Below, piece after piece: positions 13,101 through 24,359 of a stretch of 64,000 nucleotides of DNA. How positions within the stretch are numbered: position 1 is the stretch's first letter; the number at the start of each line of letters is the position of its first letter. Source of the DNA: Macrostomum lignano (lineage: Eukaryota); NCBI GenBank assembly GCA_002269645.1, contig NIVC01000625.1, positions 248,001 to 312,000 on the forward strand. Direction: 5' to 3'. Under the pieces are notes generated by a model. That model did not search any database, was not told the origin of the DNA, and saw only the letters and a program-made list of their open reading frames with translations. A program made the translations under genes and the position numbers.

Positions 13101-14361
13101 TTACAGAAATGATAGCATTGAGATCTGTTTGCAATTGAAATCTATATTGGCTGAGATTGCATGTCCCAGGCTGAGATAGCATGGCCTTAAGAAGCATGTC
13201 TATGGTAAAACTCGACTAGCTCGAGCCAAAAAACGCATTGCGGAATGATATATTCCTGCACGGTCACGAGTGCGGGAATGACATCTGCACGAGTGCGCGC
13301 TAGCGCACGAGTGCACGATGTCCTTCACGCACGAGTGAACGTGAAGGAATTCCATTGTCGGATGATTCATCGTGCAGGAATGCACAAAACCGTGCAGGAA
13401 TGCATTTCTGCGCCTAATGCTTTTTCAGTGAGATTTTACCATAGACATCCATTCCTGCACGCAAAAGAGTGCAAGAATGCCATTCTTGCATGGAAAATCA
13501 GCCGACAATGGGGCTGGCTGAGTTTGGATGTCCCTAGGCTGAGATAGCATGACAAAAGCTATAGTACGAGTGACTACAGACCACAAGCCCCTGGAGGTTA
13601 TTTTTAAGCGTGACTTGTTGCATGTTCCGCCACGCATTGCTCGAATGCTGTACCAACTCAAAAGATATAATCTGCGTGTATCCTGGGCACCGGGATCCAA
13701 GATGCTGATTGCCGATACGCTTTCAAGAGCTTACCTTCCGGAGGCCGAGGCTGCTCTAGACGACGAAATTGAGGTGGAGGTGCATCAAATGAGCAAGAGC
13801 CTCCCGATTTCCGCCATTCGTTTGCAAGAAATCCGAGACGAGACCCGCAAAGATTCGGACTTAAGTTCTGTAGCCCGGTTTGTTCTGAGTCTTCTGACGG
13901 GTTGGCCAAGCAACTTTCGGAACATTTGCCACTCTGTCCGTCCGTATTGGAGCTTCAAGGAGGACTTGACCTACAATGATGGCGTGCTGATGAAGTTGGA
14001 CCGCGTTATTGTTCCAGCATCGTTGCGGCAGAAGATTCTGCAAATTTTACACGAAGGTCATGCTGGCGCGGGCAAGACGGAGGCCCGAGCTCGTCAAATT
14101 CTGTACTGGCCAGGCATGTCAGCGGACATTAAGAACTTCGTGAAGAACTGCAGCACCTGTCAAACGTTTCAGCCGGCCAACCCAAAGGAACCGCTGTTGA
14201 ACCATCAGATTCCGAATGCACCATGGACCAAGGTTGGTTGTGATCTGCTGGACTTCAATGGTGACAAGTGGCTAGTCGTTACCTTTATCGAACTGGCAAA
14301 GTTAGGTCAACAATCTGGAGCTGACCTAGTGATTGCTCGAATTAAGTCGATGTTCGCCAGG
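10140..14361 (+). mobile_element. Ty3/Gypsy LTR retrotransposon (Mag-like), 3'-truncated, disrupted
   Basis: Putative 5' LTR (TGT at 10140 or 10156) ends ..TTACA at 10302, followed by PBS-like TGGCGTCG, then gag-pol. No 3' LTR is visible. Confidence 0.88.
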
Positions 14362-14364
14362 TAA
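10332..14364 (+). pseudogene. Gypsy gag-pro-RT-RNaseH-integrase polyprotein, broken
   Basis: Gag WKRWRQRFLIYL; two Cys/His knuckles (CHNCGYSH, CLSCGRLNHFRSQC); protease KLDTGAEV; RT LRLCID, LDAKTGFWQI, IVDD; RNase H YAQIEKETLAV..TDHKPL; integrase HEGHAG..CSTC, PWTKVGCDL. Frameshift near 12060-12075, insertion 12755-13561, truncation in the integrase core. Confidence 0.92.
12755..13561. mobile_element. 807-bp non-autonomous DNA transposon (MITE-like) with ~53-bp TIRs and internal inverted repeats
   Basis: TAGTATTTGTCATGCTATCTCAGCCTAGAGACATCCAAACTCAGCCAGCCC at the left end matches the reverse complement of the right end with 3 mismatches. Flanked by TA; removal restores the RNase H frame YGLPVVRVTTDHKPL. 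Confidence 0.85.
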
Positions 14365-14852
14365 GTCGTATCTGAAACGAAAAGTTGCATGTCTATGGTA
14401 ATAAATCTGCAAATATCTTTATTTAGTCTAGGGTTAAGATCAACCTTACGAAAGACCATAGACATACGAACGTTTCGAGAAACAGTCTTTTGCGCAAAGT
14501 TACGAACTCGTAAAGTTGCGATCAATCTTACGCATAGCTAACTTGCGAGCCCTTCGAGCAACCCGTAAGTGTAGCTTACCCAACTTACGTCTATGGTCGA
14601 TCGTAAGTTGCTTTCGAGAAAGACCCCCATGCAGCTTTCACTACTAGTTAACTCTACTTGTGGAAATTTTCTGCACTACTCCATTTTAACCCCCCCGGTG
14701 GACTGCTGCCTACTGCACCTACTGACTTAGAACTAAATGAAAGAGGCGACCAAGCTAAACGAATGACAGGAGCTCAACTTCTGCAACCTCTTAGACATGG
14801 CAATGGCATCCACCTGGCCCAGGAGATCATAGGGGAGATAAGAGTAGGGTCG

Positions 14853-16341
14853 CCCAGCAAGAGACAGGGGCTGCCCAGCAAGAGACAGGGGCTGTCCAGC
14901 AAGAGACAGGGGCTGCCCAGCAAGAGACAGGGGTTGCCCAGCAAGAGACAGGGGCTGCCCAGCAAGAGACAGGGGCTGCCCAGCAAGAGACAGGGGCTGC
15001 CCAGCAAGAGACAGGGGTTGCCCAGCAAGAGACAGGGGCTGTCCAGCAAGAGACAGGGGCTGCCCAGCAAGAGACAGGGGCTGCCCAGCAAGAGACAGGG
15101 GCTGTCCAGCAAGAGACAGGGGTTGCCCAGCAAGAGACAGGGGCTGCCCAGCAAGAGACAGGGGCTGCCCAGCAAGAGACAGGGGCTGCCCAGCAAGAGA
15201 CAGGGGCTGTCCGGCAAGAGACAGGGGTTGCCCAGCAAGAGACAGGGGCTGCCCAGCAAGAGACAGGGGCTGCCCAGCAAGAGACAGGGGCTGTCCAGCA
15301 AGAGACAGGGGCTGCCCAGCAAGAGACACAGGCTGCCCAGCAAGAGACAGAGGCTGTCCAGCAAGAGACAGGGGCTGCCCAGCAAGAGACAGAGGCTGTC
15401 CAGCAAGAGACAGGGGCTGCCCAGCAAGAGACAGGGGCTGCCCAGCAAGAGACAGGGGCTGCCCAGCAAGAGACAGGGGCTGCCCAGCAAGAGACAGGGA
15501 CGACAAGCAAGAGACAGGGACGACAAGCAAGAGACAGGGGCTGCCCAGCAAGAGACAGGGACGACAAGCAAGAGACAGGGGCTGCCCAGCAAGAGACAGG
15601 GACGACAAGCAAGAGACAGGGACGACAAGCAAGAGACAGGGACGACAAGCAAGAGACAGGGGCTGCCCAGCAAGAGACAGGGGCTGCCCAGCAAGAGACA
15701 GGGGCTGCCCAGCAAGAGGCAGGGACGACAAGCAAGAGACAGGGACGACAAGCAAGAGACAGGGGCTGCCCAGCAAGAGACAGGGGCTGCCCAGCAAGAG
15801 ACAGGGGCTGTCCAGCAAGAGACAGGGGCTGTCCAGCAAGAGACAGGGGCTGCCCAGCAAGAGACAGAGGCTATCCAGCAAGAGACAGGGGCTGTCCAGC
15901 AAGAGACAGGGACGACAAGCAAGAGACAGGGACGACAAGCAAGAGACAGGGACGACAAGCAAGAGACAGGGGCTGCCCAGCAAGAGACAGGGGCTGCCCA
16001 GCAAGAGACAGGGGCTGCCCAGCAAGAGACAGGGGCTGCCCAGCAAGAGACAGAGGCTGCCCAGCAAGAGACAGGGGCTGCCCAGCAAGAGACAGGGGCT
16101 GTCCAGCAAGAGACAGGGGCTGCCCAGCAAGAGACAGGGGCTGCCCAGCAAGAGACAGAGGCTGCCCAGCAAGAGACAGGGGCTGCCCAGCAAGAGACAG
16201 GGGCTGCCCAGCAAGAGACAGGGGCTGCCCAGCAAGAGACAGGGGCTGCCCAGCAAGAGACAGGGGCTGCCCAGCAAGAGACAGGGGCTGTCCAGCAAGA
16301 GGCAGGGAGGACAAGCAAGAGACAGGGGCTGCCCAGCAAGA
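14853..16341. repeat. 21-bp minisatellite (CAGCAAGAGACAGGGGCTGCC) with interspersed GACGACAAG variant units
   Basis: Tandem array; explains the spurious 500-aa ORFs. Confidence 0.97.
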
Positions 16342-16621
16342 GATAGAGTAGATTAGGAAATAATTTTAATTCAATGAATAGTTTTATTACTCGTAATACT
16401 ATTTTATTTATTACACTATATTATTCGCTTACGTTTCCGAACAGGTATTCATGTAGTTTCAAAAAAGCTATAGGAGGAATTTTTTTCCTGAAAATGAAAG
16501 CAAAGTTAATCAACAGCTAAGCAGAAAAGTCTGAACTTATTTTCTGAACGTCAGAAAATCCGGATTTTTGATTCGCTGGATCCCGCGCGATTACGAAAGC
16601 CCGGAAATTTGCAAGTCTTCA

Positions 16622-16868
16622 CTACAGATCCGTCTCGATCGGTATCTCCTCCGCGTCCGTCTCCTGCCGCTGCCCTGCTCTCTTCCGGCGCTCCAGCCAG
16701 CACCAGCGTCCTCGGCCACGCCCGTAGCAGTGACGCAGCACCAACACCGCCAGCAGCAATAGTAGCATCAGGAGCGTGCAGACTGACATCCAGAATGCCG
16801 CTCTCGCCTGCAGCGCCACGCCGTCCAACTCCTTGAGCTGCTCTGAGTCCATGTCAGCCTGGTGCATT
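16622..16868 (-). CDS. Probable terminal exon of an unidentified single-pass membrane protein
   Basis: GC3-rich codons; hydrophobic segment AAFWMSVCTLLMLLLLLAVLVL followed by basic residues; acceptor-like ATAAG just upstream; phase-compatible donor at 18492. Confidence 0.5.
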
Positions 16869-17257
16869 CTTATAATTAACTATTGGCTATAATGCCTATG
16901 AGCTCAACAGAACAGGCAAGACTGAAGCCAAACGAGCTTAAAACAAGAGTCGCACCCTTCCCTCCCTCTCTCTCCGGGGCCCCTTACCTGAATTTCGTAT
17001 TTTTCAATCATTTTCCGCAGCCTAATTGTCAAACACTGTACTGTACTACAGCGTAACAGCTCCAACGACCTTTCACTTTTCACCCACCAAGTTAAAACGC
17101 CATTCTCGCTTCTACGCACACAAAACCCGGCCTCTGCAATTTTGAGTCCGATATTGCATCAAGCAATGTGCTAATATGAATGGTAAGCAAATGTTAACCA
17201 AAATAAAGTGGTTTTCAACCCTGTGATGCATTTGTACATGCATATACCATCGGGCCC

Positions 17258-18366
17258 GCACTCCCTAACCCCTCCGTGGACTGGCACTCACACCCCAACC
17301 CCTCCGTGGACAGGCACTCACACCCCAACCCCTCCGTGGACAGGCACTCACACCCCAACCCCTCCGTGGACTGGCACTCACACCCCAACCCCTCCATGGA
17401 CAGGCACTCACACCTCAACCCCTCCGTGGAAGGCACTCACACCTCAACCCCTCCGTGGACTGGCACTCACACCCCAACCCCTCCGTGGACTGGCACTCAC
17501 ACCTCAACCCCTCCGTAGACAGGCACTCACACCTCAACCCCTCCGTGGACAGGCACTCACACCCAACCCCTCCGTGGACTGGCACTCACACCCAACCCCT
17601 CCGTGGACAGGCACTCACACCTCAACCCCTCCGTGGACAGGCACTCACACCTCAACCCCTCCGTGGACAGGCACTCACACCCCAACCCCTCCGTGGACTG
17701 GCACTCACACCCCAACCCCTCCGTGGACAGGCACTCACACCTCAACCCCTCCGTGGACAGGCACTCACACCCCAACCCCTCCGTGGACTGCTGGCACTCA
17801 CACCCCAACCCCTCCATGGACTGCTGGCACTCACACCCCAACCCCTCCATGGACTGCTGGCACTCACACCCCAACCCCTCCGTAGACTGCTGGCACTCAC
17901 ACCCCAACCCCTCCGTGGACTGGCACTCACACCCCAACCCCTCCGTGGACAGGCACTCACACCCCAACCCCTCCGTGGACTGGCACTCACACCCCAACCC
18001 CTCCGTGGACTGCTGGCACTCACACCCCAACCCTTCCGTAGACTGCTGGCACTCACACCCCAACCCCTCCGTGGACTGCTGGCACTCACACCCCAACCCC
18101 TCCGTGGACTGCTGGCACTCACACCCCAACCCCTCCATGGACTGCTGGCACTCACACCCCAACCCCTCCATGGACTGCTGGCACTCACACCCCAACCCCT
18201 CCGTGGACAGGCACTCACACCCCAACCCCTCCGTAGACTGCTGGCACTCACACCCCAACCCCTCCGTGGACAGGCACTCACACCTCAACCCCTCCGTGGA
18301 CAGGCACTCACACCTCAACCCCTCCGTGGACAGGCACTCACACCTCAACCCCTCCGTGGACTGGCA
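17258..18366. repeat. 30/33-bp minisatellite (GGCACTCACACCCCAACCCCTCCGTGGAC[T/A][GCT])
   Basis: Tandem array. Confidence 0.96.
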
Positions 18367-18969
18367 GATAAAGCACTTTCCTCAGCTGGCCTTACAAACA
18401 TAAAATCACGAGATGCTAGCGTTGGACTCGCAGAACATGCAGCCCCCGTCGGCCTCCCGAAGTCTTCAATTCAGCTGCACTGAAGCCCCTACCTTCTCCA
18501 ATGAGCTGCCACAGCAACTGTCTGAAGTGTTTCCTGGGCGCCCGGAACACGATTAGCACCAGAGCTGCCGGCTCCACAACCGGCATCAGCATCGGTGGTG
18601 GCGGTGGCTGCGGTGGTGGCGGTGGCTGCGGCATTGCTGAGTTGCCGGCTTCCTTGGAGTTGCCACCCGAGGCCCTGCGGCCTCCGCTACCTCTCCGGCC
18701 CGGCCTCGGAGCCGGCATAGTCCGCGCGCTCTGTCGGGAGTCAGGCAAAAGGCAACGGCTTCTCGGCTCCTTCCAGTCAGTCCGGCAGCCATCAGCTGAA
18801 TTGCCGACGCACCGAGCTTGTGCGGAAGTTGCGCGTGATTGTTGCCATGCCTTTGTATCCCCGCGCTGATTGCCACAGACAGAATTCTTTCTTTCAGTTT
18901 CTAAAAGCGATGTCGGCTGAGGTTTGCTCAAGGTCACACCATTGACATATAGAAAGCAAATGATTGGAC

Positions 18970-19413
<444 letters not shown>

Positions 19414-19932
19414 AAGGCAGTGATGAAGGCAGGATTCTGAAGGTCATTCTGTACTGCGCCATCCGAGCCAGGAAAATTCGCAGAAAATTCCACTTGCCAA
19501 AGACCAAAAGCTCCGTGCAAACGGTTTTGTTTAGAAAACGACCTAAAAAGAAAAATAAAGTGCGAAATCTTTTCACAATGAATTCGGCCGCTCCTGATGC
19601 CGCAGCCGAGTCTCAGTTATGGAATTTCCATGTAATTCGGCCTCGATTCTGAAGTGGAAATTCTGCACTGCCTCGGACTTTGCCGGTCTGCCCCCCCGCC
19701 CGCCACCGACCCCACCGGGTTTTCCGGCCTTTCCCGCCCGCCGGCTGGGGTGGCTGTCTGGTCACGTGACATGCCCCCGGCTCAAACAGGCGAACGCCAG
19801 CCGGCTGTGCGTACAGAGCGGCCCCAGTCACTCGAGTCAGGCAGGCCCAGCGAACAAAGCAGTTAGGCTGCAGAGCTCTGCGCAGTCTTGTGAAAATTTG
19901 TTGGAGAAAGCAGAAGCTAAAAATTAGAAATC

Positions 19933-22167
19933 TCAGATTCCCTAGGCCCTGTGTCGATTCCCTAAGCCCTGTGTCAGATTCCCTAGGCCCTGTGTCAGAT
20001 TCCCTAGGCCCTGTGTCAGATTCCCTAGGCCCTGTGTCAGATTCCCTAGGCCCTGTGTCGATTCCCTAAGCCCTGTGTCAGATTCCCTAGGCCCTGTGTC
20101 AGATTCCCTAGGCCCTGTGTCAGATTCCCTAGGCCCTGTGTCAGATTCCCTAGGCCCTGTGTCTTCCCAAGACCCTGTGTCAGATTCCCAAGACCCTGTG
20201 TCAGATTCCCTAGGCCTTGTGTCAGATTCCTTAGACCCTGTGTCAGATTCCCTAGGCCTTGTGTCAGATTCCCTAGACTTTGTGTCAGATTCCCTAGACC
20301 CTGTGTCAGATTCCCTATGCCCTGTGTCAGATTCCCTAGGCTCTGTGTCAGATTCCATAGACTTTTTGTCAGATTCCCTAGGCTGTGTCAGATTCCCTAG
20401 GCCTTGTGTCAGATTCCCTAGTCGCTGTGTCAGATTCCCTAGTCGCTGTGTCAGATTCCCTAGTCTCTGTGTCAGATTCCCTAGGCTCTGTGTCAGATTC
20501 CATAGACTTTTTGTCAGATTCCCTAGGCTGTGTCAGATTCCCTAGGCCTTGTGTCAGATTCCCTAGTCGCTGTGTCAGATTCCCTAGTCGCTGTGTCAGA
20601 TTCCCTAGTCTCTGTGTCAGATTCCCTAGGCCCTGTGTCAGATTCCCTAGTCGCTGTGTCAGATTCCCTAGTCGCTGTGTCAGATTCCCTAGTCTCTGTG
20701 TCAGATTCCCTAGGCCCTGTGTCAGATTCCCTAGGCCCTGTGTCTTCCCGAGACCCTTGTCAGATTCCCAAGACCCTGTGTCAGATTCCCTAGACCCTGT
20801 GTCAGATTCCCTAGACCCTGTATCAGATTCCCTAGACCCTGTGTCAGATTCCCTAGACACTGTGTCAGATTCCCTATGCCCTGTGTCAGATTCCCTAGAC
20901 CCTGTGTCAGATTTCCTAGACTTGGTTTCAGATTCCCTAGACCCTGTGTCAGATTCCCTAGACCCTGTGTCAGATTCCCTTGACCCTGTGTCAGATTTCC
21001 TAGACTTGGTTTCAGATTCCCTAGACCCTGTGTCAGATTCCCTAGACCCTGTGTCAGATTCCCCAGACCCTGTTTCAGATTCCCTATGCCCTGTGTCAGA
21101 TTCCCTAGACCCTGTGTCAGATTCCCTAGGCCCTGTGTCTTCCCGAGACCCTGTTTCAGATTCCCCAGACCCTGTGTCAGATTCCCTAGACCCTGTGTCA
21201 GATTCCCTAGACCCTGTGTCAGATTCCCTATTCCCTGTGTCAGATTTCCTAGACTTCGTTTCAGATTCCCTAGACCCTGTGTCAGATTCCTTAGACCCTG
21301 TGTCAGATTCCCTAGACCGTGTGTCAGATTTCCTAGACTTCGTTTCAGATTCCCTAGACCCACTGTCAGATTCCCTAGACCCTGTGTCAGATTTCCTAGA
21401 CTTCGTTTCAGATTCCCTAGACCCACTGTCAGATTTCCTAGACCCTGTGTCAGATTCCCTAGACCCTGTATCAGATTCCCTAGACCCTGTGTCAGATTCC
21501 CTAGACACTGTGTCGGATTCCCTATGCCCTGTGTCAGATTCCCTAGACCCTGTGTCAGATTTCCTAGACTTGGTTTCAGATTCCCTAGACCCTGTGTCAG
21601 ATTCCCTAGACCCTGTGTCAGATTCCCTTGACCCTGTGTCAGATTTCCTAGACTTGGTTTCAGATTCCCTAGACCCTGTGTCAGATTCCCTAGACCCTGT
21701 GTCAGATTCCCTATGCCCTGTGTCAGATTCCCTAGACCCTGTGTCAGATTCCCTAGGCCCTGTGTCTTCCCGAGACCCTGTTTCAGATTCCCCAGACCCT
21801 GTGTCAGATTCCCTAGACCCTGTGTCAGATTCCCTAGACCCTGTGTCAGATTCCCTATTCCCTGTGTCAGATTTCCTAGACTTCGTTTCAGATTCCCTAG
21901 ACCCTGTGTCAGATTCCTTAGACCCTGTGTCAGATTCCCTAGACCGTGTGTCAGATTTCCTAGACTTCGTTTCAGATTCCCTAGACCCACTGTCAGATTC
22001 CCTAGACCCTGTGTCAGATTTCCTAGACTTCGTTTCAGATTCCCTAGACCCACTGTCAGATTTCCTAGACCCTGTGTCAGATTCCCCAGACCCTGTGTCA
22101 GATTCCCTAGACCCTGTGTTAGATTCCCTATGCCCTGTGTCAGATTCCATAGGCCCTGTGTCAGATT
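19933..22167. repeat. 21-bp minisatellite (GTCAGATTCCCTAGACCCTGT) with higher-order duplication
   Basis: Tandem array; variant markers recur at a 627-bp offset. Confidence 0.97.
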
Positions 22168-22796
22168 ATCATTCGGACACTCGCACACCCCTGTGTCAAA
22201 CGCTCTGCTCTGTGTCAGATGCTTCAATTGGAGATGTGCCAAAGCAAATACGCAAAAATTTCCAGAGACAGACGCACGGTCTCAGGATAGGAAAGTTCAG
22301 ATTCCAAACTATGGGCTCATTACTCGTACTTGGCCGCACTCGGCACACCGGCCGTGAGAAAAATCCGGTTCCAATTGTAGCAGAATCCTCCGCTAGGCAG
22401 CCCCCAGGCCAGAACCCCCCCCCCACATGACAGCAGCACGGCAAGTACGCTCAACCCCCCCCCCACCCCTCTGGCATGATCATTTAAATAAAAATACATG
22501 AATCGCAAAACTTGCTAATTTTTCAGCTGCGTATTGGCTGTGCGGCCACGCGCGCGGTGCGTGACAGGGGGGTTTCTCCGCCTGCTCTGCCCGACACCCC
22601 CCGCAACCCCAAGCCCAAAAAAGTGGAGCTGCGGGCTGCCGTGTACGGAGGGCCAGCAAAGCGCGGAGGGGCGGCCGCTCTGAGCCGCATAAATAGAACC
22701 CCGCTGAGGTGCGCCCTCTCTTGTCTCTCTCTCTCTCTCTCTCCATTCTCTAGTGAGTTCTTTCTAAGCCAGAAAAGTGCTCGGCACCCTCGCACA

Positions 22797-24359
22797 ATGT
22801 CGGAATCCGCCGTCCAGTTCCCGCTCCGCCGCGTCTTGCTGAGTGACGACGTCGACCCCCGCTGCGTGGCCATCCTGGCCGACGCCGGCATCGACGCCCA
22901 GCTCAAGGTCGGCCTGGCACCCGACGCCCTGATCGCCGAGCTGACCTCCGGTGGCTACGAAGGCCTGGTGGTCCGGTCGGCAACCAAAGTCACCCGCCAG
23001 GTGCTCGAGGCCGCCACGGCTCTGCGCGTCGTCGGCCGCGCCGGCACTGGCGTCGACAACATCGACTTGAACGCGGCCAGCGAGCGCGGCGTCCTCGTGC
23101 TGAACGCGCCGGGAGGCAACACGGTCTCGGCTGCTGAGCACGCCTGCACCCTGCTGCTCGGCCTCACGCGCCGCGTCCACCTCGCCGACGCCTCGATGCG
23201 CGCCGGCCGCTGGGACCGGAAGAAATTCCTCGGCACGGAGCTGCACGGCAAGACGCTGGCGGTGGTCGGACTCGGTCGCATCGGCCGCGAGGTCGCCAAC
23301 CGGATGCGCGCCTTCGGCATGCGAACCATCGGCTACGACCCCATGGTGACGCCCGAGCAGGCCAAGGAGTTCGGCGTCGAGTGGATGGAGCTCGACAAGC
23401 TGTGGCCGGAGGCGGACGCCGTCACGCTGCACGTCCCGCTGCTGCCGCACACGGAGAATCTCGTCAACGCCCGCGTGTTGGCCAGCTGCCGACGCGGCGT
23501 CTTCATCATCAACGCTGCCCGCGGCGGCCTGGTGCAGGAGGGCGACCTGCTGGCCGCTCTCGAGTCCGGCCAGTGCGGCGGCGCCGGTCTCGATGTGTTC
23601 GCCGTGGAGCCGCCGCAGGACGCCCGGCTACTGCAGCACGAGCGCGTGCTGACCACCCCGCACCTGGGCGCCTCCACCATCGAGGCGCAGAGCCGCGTCG
23701 CCGTGGAGATCGCCGAGCAGTTCGTCCGCCTGGCCCGCGGCGAGGGCGTCCACGGCGCCGTCAACGGCGAGGGCCTCGCCGCCAATCCGGAGACCGCGGC
23801 CTGGCAACTGCTGGCGCGTCGACTGGCGCAGCTGGCAGCAGCCGGAGTCGCCGCCGGCCTCGCAGGACCGAACGGCGACCGCCTGCGCCTGCGGCTCCGC
23901 GCCCCGGCCGCCCTGGCCCGCCTGGCCCGCCCGCTGCAAGCGGCGGCGGCGGCTGGCGCGCTGGCCACTCGCGGTGAATCGCGCGGCCTCGTCGGCGCCG
24001 TGGCGGCGGCCAACAAGCAGGGCATCGACGTCGACTTCGAGGTGGCCGAGGCCGAGGTCGTCAAGAAGGGGGCAGCCGCGCCGACGACCCTGGAGATCGA
24101 CTGCCCGGACAGGCGGCCCGGCTGGTCGGTGGGAGGCGTCGGCTCCGGGCCCGCGCTGACCCGCTGCTGCGGCCGCGAGCTGTCCCAGCCGCTGGTGCTG
24201 GACGGCACCGTGGCGCTGCTGCAGGCTGGCGCCGCGCAGCTGCCCCCCGTCCAGCGCCTGCTGGCCGCCGCGCGCTCAGCCGATGGCAGCTGCGTCGTCT
24301 GCCGCCTGGACGGACCGGCGGCTGTCGAGGGCAGCCAGCTGTGCGTGACCTTCAGCTGA
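22797..24359 (+). CDS. PHGDH: D-3-phosphoglycerate dehydrogenase, single exon, 520 aa
   Basis: MSESAVQFPLRRVLLSD..LVVRSATKVT..VGRAGTGVDNID..NAPGGNTVSAAEH; NAD-binding VVGLGRIG; INAARGGLV; TPHLGAST. Confidence 0.95.
   Translation: MSESAVQFPLRRVLLSDDVDPRCVAILADAGIDAQLKVGLAPDALIAELTSGGYEGLVVRSATKVTRQVLEAATALRVVGRAGTGVDNIDLNAASERGVLVLNAPGGNTVSAAEHACTLLLGLTRRVHLADASMRAGRWDRKKFLGTELHGKTLAVVGLGRIGREVANRMRAFGMRTIGYDPMVTPEQAKEFGVEWMELDKLWPEADAVTLHVPLLPHTENLVNARVLASCRRGVFIINAARGGLVQEGDLLAALESGQCGGAGLDVFAVEPPQDARLLQHERVLTTPHLGASTIEAQSRVAVEIAEQFVRLARGEGVHGAVNGEGLAANPETAAWQLLARRLAQLAAAGVAAGLAGPNGDRLRLRLRAPAALARLARPLQAAAAAGALATRGESRGLVGAVAAANKQGIDVDFEVAEAEVVKKGAAAPTTLEIDCPDRRPGWSVGGVGSGPALTRCCGRELSQPLVLDGTVALLQAGAAQLPPVQRLLAAARSADGSCVVCRLDGPAAVEGSQLCVTFS

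Noticed and set aside
14658-16346. 500+ aa ORFs on both strands (SKRQGLP / LLGSPC repeats)
   Set aside because: Translations of a stop-free 21-bp tandem repeat, open in several frames. The same applies to ORFs at 4732-6570, 17208-18483, 20378-22430, 41982-42946, 46446-47688 and 51994-52803.
19761-19770. GTCACGTGAC CLEAR/E-box-like site in a GC-rich patch
   Set aside because: A single 10-mer with no mapped TSS; the same word occurs inside an ATP11 coding exon
22512-22796. 95-aa N-terminal extension of PHGDH from the ORF-track start
   Set aside because: Starts at a non-ATG codon and includes a CT repeat; family homology begins right after ATG 22797
22797-24359. PHGDH as a bacterial horizontal transfer or contaminant
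   Set aside because: The RAGTGVDN/GGNxxSAAE motifs are animal-like and the codon style matches neighbouring host exons
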